Shown piece after piece: positions 54,953 to 64,000 of a stretch of DNA of 64,000 nt. The position numbers and the translations under genes were made by a program. Origin of the DNA: Trichinella spiralis (taxonomy: Eukaryota); the NCBI RefSeq assembly GCF_000181795.1, contig NW_003526947.1:580388-644387 (forward strand), in the 5' to 3' direction. Positions within the stretch are counted from its first letter, which is position 1; every line of letters begins with the position of its first letter. Below the pieces are notes generated by a model. That model saw only the letters and a list, made by a program, of their open reading frames with translations, did no database searches and was not told the origin of the DNA.

Positions 54953-57900
54953 ATGCGGTGCATACTGTTTTCTGCAGTCATTATTGCCAGTTATTTTATG
55001 ACAATTTTGCAAAGTAAAAACAGATTCAATATTTATTTATTTATTCATTTTTCTGCATAAAATTTAAATATTGCCTTACTTTATTGTTCAGGTGCAACAG
55101 TGCAAGAATGCAATCCACTTACGGCTTCAATGATACTGCAATGCATGTCGCCGTTGTTGCAGCTTACAAATGGTCACACAAGTTTGAAAATGTCGCCTTT
55201 CTACAACCAGTACAGCGAGGATGCTTGCTTAGCTTATGCGGAATATAAACTTTGCATTTCGGATGACATGCGAGATCGATGTTATGATATGATTGCCATA
55301 ATGGAATCAATATTCGACTACATTTGTCAGCCTGATGTTCGAGCTAATATTAGCATCTCAGCCAACTGTCTCAGCAAGTAAGAGGTTTTTTTTTATTTTA
55401 GAAAAAAAGTAAACAGAAATAAATATTCTGTTGCTGCGACTGATTTATTAAAATCAAAAATTGGAAATTAAAGCAGAAATTGCAATTGAATCAGTAATAT
55501 TATTGGAGCGTTGCAAATTTTTAATACTTTTAGCCTTGCCTCTAGAAAAAAGAACAAGTTTTTCTCATTAAAAATGTAAATACAGTTAAAAACGACAATA
55601 TGATTTTCAATAATCACTGGCCCAATTCAAATCAGTATTTCATATCTATATATTTACATTATTTACATTAATCAATTAATTCCACATAAAAAGGCATGTC
55701 ATTCTATTAAATATTATCTTTATTTATTACTGTTGTATGACAGTTGAAACTTTTCATCAATTTTATCAGTCATAATGCATGGTACTTTTTTTAAATTTAT
55801 TATTATAGCAGTGTTTAATTTAAAAATATTTTCAATTTTCATTATTATCTACTCATCTAAGAAATACAATAAGCATATATTTGTAAGGTTGTTAAAATAT
55901 TTATAAAAGATGAAAGCTGAAATTAAATAATGCATGTAAATAATAATTCCTTTTTTTCAATATTCATGTTATTAAAAAGATCTTGTTGTAAAAATTTTAT
56001 ACATGCAATCATGAAATTTTTATATTTTAAATGATGTGACAAAGATGAAATGTATTATCATTATTATTATTATTAAATTTATTTTAGAATTGATCAAGAT
56101 CCATATGTAAGAAAATGTCAGCAGAGCTTTGTTGATAGTTTAAAGCATATTGCTAGTTCTAATTTGGAAAGTTTGCAAGAGCACAATGATTTGCAATGTG
56201 CGGCTGTGCAGCAATTTTCTTTTTGCTCAAAATCAAAATATTTGAACGCTTGTAAACAACATGCATGGATGATTAAAATCGAGTTGATCAAAAGAGCTGC
56301 AGGCTTGGATTCGGACAACTGTGAAATTGAAAATGACGTACAGTTAATGGCTAAACGCAAGATGGGTAAAGGGTTTCTTTTTTACTTGAAATTTCAATAT
56401 TTCAACTAAATTATTGCCATCATGTAGTAATTTTTATTTCAAAATTTTAAAATTCAAAGTAATATTTGAAAACAAAGAATTTGCTTTCTAATTACTATGT
56501 TTAAAACAATAGACTGTATCTTTAATAAATCAGCTCGAGCGGTATTATGCATGCTAAAATTTCTAAATGAGTTTTGTACAAATGTTGCTATTTTCTTAAA
56601 AGTAACACATGAAATAGAAAATTATAAATTTTTATGACGCATTAATGAACAAATGTAGTGTAAAATTTAAATTTCAAAAATTAATTGCTAATTCAAATGT
56701 TTGTTTATTAGAATCTCCTCAACCAAGATGCGACAACAACGATCATTGCACATGTCCTGAAGGATATCTCTTCAATGCTCCTCATCAGTGCATGGGTAAT
56801 TAATTTTGTTTATTATTTGATGATTTAAATTTTTTTAATGATTCATAATTTTGCATGGAATTTTTCAAAGAAACATATTTCTGACAATCGCACAATCACA
56901 ATAAATAAACTTTGCAAACTAATCAACAAAGACAATATTATTTTGAATTAAATGTTTTTTCTTTTCTTTTGTTTGAACAAATATAAATTGAACTTGAATA
57001 TCATGTTTTGAAACGCACAATAGTACAGTATATGTAGTATTATTTATTTTTAAAATTGAAATGAATTGTAAAATGTTAATAAATTGTATATATATATTTA
57101 TTTATTTATTTAGTTGAAAAGTTGAAAAATAATGTTATTCGTGTTCAAAATTTATAATTAAAAAAAGTAATGAAATAGTAATAAATTGATGAACGGAAAC
57201 ATTTGGTGGCGGCGTTTCTGTCTCTTGATGAATTGTCCGTTCGAAAGTTAGTCACCGGATGTAGTAGCATATGGCTGAGATACGGTCGAACGATTTGAAA
57301 AGAAAAATTTTTCACTCTTAGCGGTCAGACTTTCGCCTAGTATTTTTGGCTCATTCATTCTTCCAAGAGATTGCAAGCACCTGCTTCTTTCCAATCTGCC
57401 TATTCGTAGCGGTAAATTGGTGATATTTTCGTATGCTAACAATTGCAACATGCTTTTCGTGTTGCACCGAGGGAATTGTTGCCAATTGTTGCAATTTTTC
57501 TACAGGTCAACAGCAGTTGCTTTCTCATCAAGTGAAGCTGAACAATTTGTAATAACTTATTCATCGAATGCATATGGCAACAGATTGTATTTGCGTGTAT
57601 TGTTTTTTTACTCTTCTTTTTAGTTAAAGGTTAAAAGAAAAGGCTTCATCGATTTATCTCTGTAGATAATTATTTTTGATACAAAATGACCCATTTGCAA
57701 ATGACGTTGGCCAGGAAGAAAAAATTTTTCAAATTGATGGCAAAATTTGATAGTGGGATGTTGTGGTCTGGTTATCTTTTGTTTTTCTTCTCTTTCCCCC
57801 CCCCCCCCCATTTCTCACAACAAATTGTATTGTTTGTTCCATTTTTAAAAGGAACTTTTTAAAGTCGACCAACAATCGGAACACATTTTGTTTTACAAAA

Positions 57901-60900
57901 AAAATACACTCTCTACTCATGTACTGTAGAAACTGTTACTACATCCGATGAAAAAAAAAGGAAGAAAAAAAATTCTTTTTTATTTCACTGACTGAACTGA
58001 AATTTATTTAAAAAAAACATTTTTTACAAACAATGATGATGAACAAAATAATGAACTTTAATCAAATTTGAATAATTGAAATTTGCATTTTATTTTTTGT
58101 TTTTTTTGTTCAGACATTGATGAATGTGCATTGAGTGTAACTTTGTGCAGTCAAAAATGTGAAAATACAGTCGGATCGTATAAATGCCATTGTGATTCAC
58201 GCTATTTCGAACCATCCGATGACGGTCATTCATGTATAATCAAAGATAAAAGTAATTATCATAATATATACATATTTTTCTTCTCTCTCTCTCATTTCTC
58301 TTTGGTCTGTTGAGTTTGTAATTTGATTTACAGATGCATGGATATTCTTTGCACATGGGCAAAGTTTATGGAATATTTCGTTGGATGGTAAAAATTTTCA
58401 ACTTTTACGCGGTGGAATACAAAAAGCGGCTATGCTTGATGTTGATGTGGAGGTGAGTGAAAGAAAGAAAGAATTGCAGCGCAGCAGGGTGCTAATTTTC
58501 CGCACAAAGTACTTCTTACTTTAATAAATGGAATGGGAATTGAGAAGAAGGCCAACTGTAGTGACCTGCTGACCAGCGGGAATTAATCAGAAGAATAATT
58601 TAATAATAAGAATAAGACTACCGCGTACCGTTGATCGGTTTTCACAGGCGGTTGGCTCAAATACCGGCCGACCGGCCGGACGGCTTTCGGCTAGGGTCAA
58701 CAAACAACTCGAGAACAGCTATTAAGCTGACTGGCAACAAAAGCCTGCTTTTAACCGATTAATAGTAATGCTATGTAGGTCACGATCGGATGGATTAGTG
58801 ATGAATTTCCAAATCTCCAACCTTTGCGGTTTTGTAGTTTTAAGCCGATTTGTCAACGTTGGTCAGTGGTCAATGGTCGGCAAAGCAATTGGAAGAATAG
58901 CAAATAATTATAAAAAGAAACAAGAAAGAATAAAATAATATAATTAGAAAAGAAAAATCATTTTTAAAAATTAAAATTCATTTCAATTCAAAATAAATTT
59001 TACAGAACGAAATGCTTTACTACGTGGACGTGGGAGCGGATAAGTTGGAGAGGATAAAATTTCACGGCGCTTTCCCGCAAACTATACAAGATGGTGGTTT
59101 GGCAGGTACTGAAGGAATCGGTGTCGATTGGATTGGCAAGTGAGAAAAAGAGAATAGGGGAAAAAATTAAAATTGTTCATAAATTAATTGTATTGAATTT
59201 TTAGGAAGCTTTACATGGCCAAAACGTCGGATCTGCTTGTTCAAGAATTGGACGGTCGTTACAGGATGATCCTTTATCAGAACGTATTCAAATTACCGAG
59301 AGCACTTGTTGTGCATCCTATCGAAGGGTATTTTGTCGTAATTTTCAAAAAAAAATATATGCTTTTCATTTTTTTTGTTGTTGTTATTGAAGATACGTTT
59401 ACAATTCGGACTGGGGTGTTCATGCTTTTATCAGCAAAGCGGCCATGGATGGCAGCAATTTCAAAAGAATAGTGACCACAGGATTAGCTTGGCCGAACGG
59501 TTTGGCGATCGATTATTACGCGGATCGTCTCTACTGGGCCGACGCATTTCTCGATACAATAGAGTAAGTGTTGTTGTTTTTTTGTTTAAATTATTAAAAA
59601 ACAATATTAAAAAAAATTTTTGTTCCCATGAAATGGGGAGAAAAAATTTTTATTGTCCTGGTTTTTACTAAACTCTTTTGCGTGCAAGCAACATTGATGA
59701 TGCCACATGTTGAAAAAATGTTAATATGATTGACGCGGATGAATTTGCAATTTTCGAAAATTGCAAATTGGTCGGTCGGATTGATATAGATGCGATACTT
59801 TTCAAACGATGATCAATCACTTTTCTTTCTTTCTTTTGTTCTCTTTTCCACCCCATTCTATTCTTTTTTATTTTCTCTATTAAATGATCAATGGCATCCA
59901 TCCATCCATTTTATTCAATTCATTCATTCATTAGAAAAAAGATAAACAGGAAGTAGAATAGGAGGAAGAAGAAAACAAACATTTTCTTCCACTTTTCTTC
60001 AAAACAAAAATAAAATAAAATTTTCCTTTATTTGCAGACGTTTTTTTTTTCAAATTTCACCTCTATAATTGCATGTGAATGAAAATTAATATTTTTCTTT
60101 TCCACTTTTGTTGTCGATCGAGTTGAGAACATTCGAAAAATTTGTTCAATTTTCAAAAAAACAAAAAAAAGAAAAATTCTCGTTCATCAGCATCAATCGA
60201 TCGATCAAAGCGATAACCAATCACAAAATCCAAATCAATCAATGGTGCTTTGGTCTAAATTTTGAAAAAATTTTCCACTTTCATTTCAGTGAAAAGTGTC
60301 TCTGATCCATCTTTTCCCAAACGCATTCATTCATTTATTTTATTCATTGATTTTTTTTTCTCTTTGATTGTTCAGAAAAATCCAACCACACACAATCAAT
60401 TTATTATTATTTCCTTTTTCCTCGTCTTTTTGTTTTTGTCTATTTTTCACCAAAACCGGAAAAACTGGTTTTCTTTTTTTCTTGTTTTTTGTTTACATTT
60501 TTGTTACGGTTAAAATTTGCATAATAGTGAAAAAAAATTTAAGAAAAATAAAGTTGTTGTTGTTGTTGATTCATCACCAACAAAAAGATGGATAGATGGT
60601 CAGTCAACATCAGCAGCAGCAGCAGCAGCAGCAGCAGCAATTTAGCAAAAAGTTGATAAGAAAATGTCAAGCTAGGGAATAAACGTGATTTTGATCAAGC
60701 AAAAATAAATATCATGCAAAAGAATAAGAAGAAAAAAAATGTATACATATATAAATATGCCAATGTCATTGAATTCAAACGTTCAAATAATAATAAACAG
60801 GAAATTGATCATTTCAACTTTCCTTTTTGTAAAAAAATATTGTATCAAATTTGAAATATTGTTTTTTTTTCACTGATTATTATTTACTGTTAATAATAAA

Positions 60901-61793
60901 TATGATGATGAGTGAGTAATGCAGGAGGGTGGATGGATGATTGATTGATCGATCGATTGATTGATTGATTGACTGATTGATTGGGATTGGGATGGTGATG
61001 GTGGTGATGATTGTTTGAAGAAACAGTTTTTTCCAGGTCAACCGATTTGGAAGGCAATTTCCGACGAGTCGTACTCAAGGATACCAATTCCATTCCGCAC
61101 GTTTTCGGTCTGGCGTTGACCAGTGACCATTTGTACTGGACCGACTGGACATTTCGAGGTATCATGCGTTGCAACAAGTTGACCGGCGAAAATGTGACCC
61201 TGGTTGCCCAGACCGCTCTGCTACCGTACGATTTGAAAATCCACCAAGCCGCATCCCAACCGTCCGGTGAGCAGAAACGATGAAAAAAACAGCTACCCAA
61301 TAAACAAACAAATAAATAAATAAAATCATCCTCAGGCGAAAATCCATGCCAACCGGCCAATGGTCACTGCGATCAGCTGTGCTTGATTTCACCGCTGACG
61401 TCGACCTCCGACGGGACGCGTTTCCGCTGCTCGTGCGCCGACGGCTTCCAGCTGGCGTCGGACAATCGCACGTGTCAAGCCAACTGCCCCGAGGAGAAAA
61501 TTGCCTGCTTGGGCGAAAATGCGAAATGCATCAGTCGCATTTATTGGTGCGACGGCACAAGTCACTGCGCCAATATGGAAGACGAGCAAGACTGTCGTAA
61601 ATTAAATTTTTTTTTTAAATTAATTTATTCATTTTTTTTAAATCTCTTTTGTTGTTTTTCAGCAAAACGCATCTGCAGCATTGGTCAGTTCCAATGTCAC
61701 GACGGCAACGGATGCATTACACCTTACCAACTGTGCGACGGCACGAACGATTGCCAAGATCGCTCTGACGAAAAATACTGCGCCACCAACTGA
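54953..61793 (+). CDS. Predicted secreted LDL-receptor-related protein: signal peptide, Cys-rich N-domain, EGF, EGF-Ca, YWTD propeller, EGF, 2x LDLa; 12 exons, ~671 aa, no TM
   Basis: Exons 54953-55013, 55092-55377, 56088-56365, 56712-56795, 58114-58251, 58334-58452, 59006-59139, 59205-59327, 59393-59563, 61037-61266, 61336-61596, 61663-61793 are all phase-compatible GT-AG. Motifs [62 protein letters not shown]. Confidence 0.85.
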
Positions 61794-62442
61794 CTGACTG
61801 ACTGACTGATCGATTCCAACAAGCAAACAGCTGTTGTTGTTGTTATATTTTATTTTCATACGAATAACGAATATGAGAAATATTAATATAATTAAAAAAA
61901 TGCCATCCTCATCATTTTCTCTCTCTTATAAACAAAACAAAAACAACTAGAAAAGGATAGAGAACACAACTAACAAATCGAATTCCAATCCAGTGGGATA
62001 AGATAAAATAATTTTTCCATGAGCTCAAAGAAGATAGCCAAAGAACGGGAGCAGTTGTTGGAAAGGGGGGAGAAAATTATTTTTACACTACCGAATATGG
62101 AAAAAAAAGCTTCTCGGTAAAATCGACGGGCTTGGAAATAATAAATACCCTGGTGGCGTTGATAAACAAAATTTAAACTTTCATCATCGTTAAAGCAACT
62201 ATTTCGTACGGAAAAATAACGTTCACACAATTATCATTTTGCACATACCGTTGGACGGATATATTTTGCAAAAAAAATCAATTCAACAACAACAACAATA
62301 ATAATAATGAATGAATGAATGAATATGATAAAATTATCCAATAATAACCGCAATATATTTTCCAAAAAATATTATTATTACTGTTGTTGTTGTTGTCGCT
62401 GGTGCTGCTATTATCAAATATACAAACATACACATTGCAGTG

Positions 62443-64000
62443 CTAATAATGAGCGTGACGATATACGACCGGCGGCGGAGGTGGTGGCGGTGGCAGAGGT
62501 TGAGATTGAGGGGGTGGCTGAGTTGGAACCAGCTGACGCACTGGACTGGCGGAACGACAGCACGAAGATCGATAATTGTAGAATTTGTTCCAACTGTCCA
62601 ACGTTTTGCTCGACCAAATCCAAAAACCGCTGGTTATGCCGACGACCAGCGTCATCAGATATTTCAGCATAAAAGCGACAAATTCCGGCTTGGGAGAATC
62701 GTGGTCATAAGGCAGTTTTGGGCAAATTTGAGGAAAACCATAAAGCTGCTTGGTGACCGGATTTCGACACTGGGTGTCGTACCAAGTGACCATCCACCGA
62801 GTGTAGCTGCTCACTTGGATCAGATCGCAAGCGATCAAGCACAACGCCGGCACGGCGTACAGTACACTGAAGACGCTGATGCGGATGATCAGCTTTTCCA
62901 ATTTTTCAATTTTGCCGCCGTCGTGTTTCATAAAGCGACGAATTTTGATCAACGAAATGAAGCCGGCAATGAGAAAAAACGTGCCCAACGTCAAACAGAT
63001 GAACAGAGGCAGTAGAACGTAAACGCGCAGCGTGTACGGATCCCAATTGCCGACGCTGCAGATGCCGCTCAGGATGTCGCCGTCGATGCTCTGCGTTGCC
63101 AAGACGATGATCATCAGAACCGCCGGTGCACCCCAAGCGGTCAAGTGAAAATAGTGACTTTTCGACTCGATCGCCTCGTGGCCCCACTTCAATCCGGCCG
63201 CCAAAAACCAAGTCACATTCAACACGATCCACCAAACGCTGCTGGCAATTGTAAAATAATATTCGATTATAGCTAAAATCGTGCAAGCCGAATTGCGGGC
63301 ACCTTGACGAATGACATAAATCACAAGCGGTGCTATTTCGTCACCGCGCTGCTGTTGCAACGACAACTGCCGCTGGTGATGCTGCCAAGCTACAGTACCG
63401 TGGTCGAGTAGATCCCCGGCCGGCACATCTTGGTAGGTCATCTTGCGACAGGCGATGCTCTGTTTCGAAATGAAGCCGACAATGTAGACAATGGAAATTA
63501 TAAAATAGCATCCCGACAGGCAGATGATCGGCCTTTCCGGATAGCGGAATCGACGCATGTTGACCAGAAACGTCAGCACAGTGAAAAGAGTACTGGCAGC
63601 ACACATCACCGACCAAACGCCAATCCATATGCGTACAATTTCCAGCTCCTGTTTCGAAAAGAACATATGCTCGCAGGGTAGAACACACTGACGCAGCACG
63701 TCTTCGCCAACTCGCACCTGGTATTCGGTCACGTCCTTGGTGCTCAGCTGAAGTCGTTTGGGACACTGGAAGGTTCCGGTGACGTTGCCGCTTCGTAATG
63801 TACTAGTATCACTTGAAGAGGAGGACGAGGAGGAGGAGGAGGAGAAGGAGGAGGAAGAGGAAGAAGAAAAAGAAGCAGAAAACGACGACGGTAAAGTAGA
63901 AGAAGAAGGAGGATAAAACGCCTGGGTATATCGGATGCCTGGTGGTGGAGGTGAAGATAGCAGAGGTACGAAATCAACCGGCGGATGTGGTGTAGCTCGA
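62443..64000 (-). CDS. fzd: Frizzled receptor, FZD1/2/7-type (5' partial; CRD lies outside the window)
   Basis: Frame open from 63999 to the stop at 62443 (519 codons). Motifs RFRYPERPII, KWGHEAIE, DGDILSGIC, KLEKLIIRISVFSVLY, KYLMTLVVGITSGFWIWS, and the Dishevelled-binding KTxxxW (KTLDSW). Confidence 0.96.
   Translation of the reverse strand, partial: RATPHPPVDFVPLLSSPPPPGIRYTQAFYPPSSSTLPSSFSASFSSSSSSSFSSSSSSSSSSSDTSTLRSGNVTGTFQCPKRLQLSTKDVTEYQVRVGEDVLRQCVLPCEHMFFSKQELEIVRIWIGVWSVMCAASTLFTVLTFLVNMRRFRYPERPIICLSGCYFIISIVYIVGFISKQSIACRKMTYQDVPAGDLLDHGTVAWQHHQRQLSLQQQRGDEIAPLVIYVIRQGARNSACTILAIIEYYFTIASSVWWIVLNVTWFLAAGLKWGHEAIESKSHYFHLTAWGAPAVLMIIVLATQSIDGDILSGICSVGNWDPYTLRVYVLLPLFICLTLGTFFLIAGFISLIKIRRFMKHDGGKIEKLEKLIIRISVFSVLYAVPALCLIACDLIQVSSYTRWMVTWYDTQCRNPVTKQLYGFPQICPKLPYDHDSPKPEFVAFMLKYLMTLVVGITSGFWIWSSKTLDSWNKFYNYRSSCCRSASPVRQLVPTQPPPQSQPLPPPPPPPPVVYRHAHY

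Noticed and set aside
62440..63015. 191-aa plus-strand ORF
   Set aside because: Antisense to the GC-rich Frizzled CDS, with no independent signal.

Overview
AT-rich eukaryotic genomic DNA with many short GT-AG introns and abundant microsatellites. It looks like a nematode, Trichinella-like, but that is inferred from style only. From left to right: (1) a 2.1-kb contig ending in an N gap, carrying two divergently oriented, homologous GC-rich elements with conserved motif blocks and variable hairpins (a candidate structured-RNA pair) around an AT-rich repeat spacer; (2) about 10 kb of relic DNA with a 286-bp Mutator-like MITE; (3) a 4.6-kb near-perfect palindrome holding two intact head-to-head Cdc25 phosphatase genes; (4) a 27-kb Trio/UNC-73 RhoGEF gene (-); (5) a MAPKAPK2/mak-2 kinase gene (+); (6) a 12-exon gene for a predicted secreted chimeric protein (Cys-rich N-domain + EGF + YWTD propeller + EGF + 2 LDLa, no TM) (+); (7) the intron-free 3' part of a Frizzled-1/2/7-type gene (-), running off the window. 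All gene models were spliced by eye.
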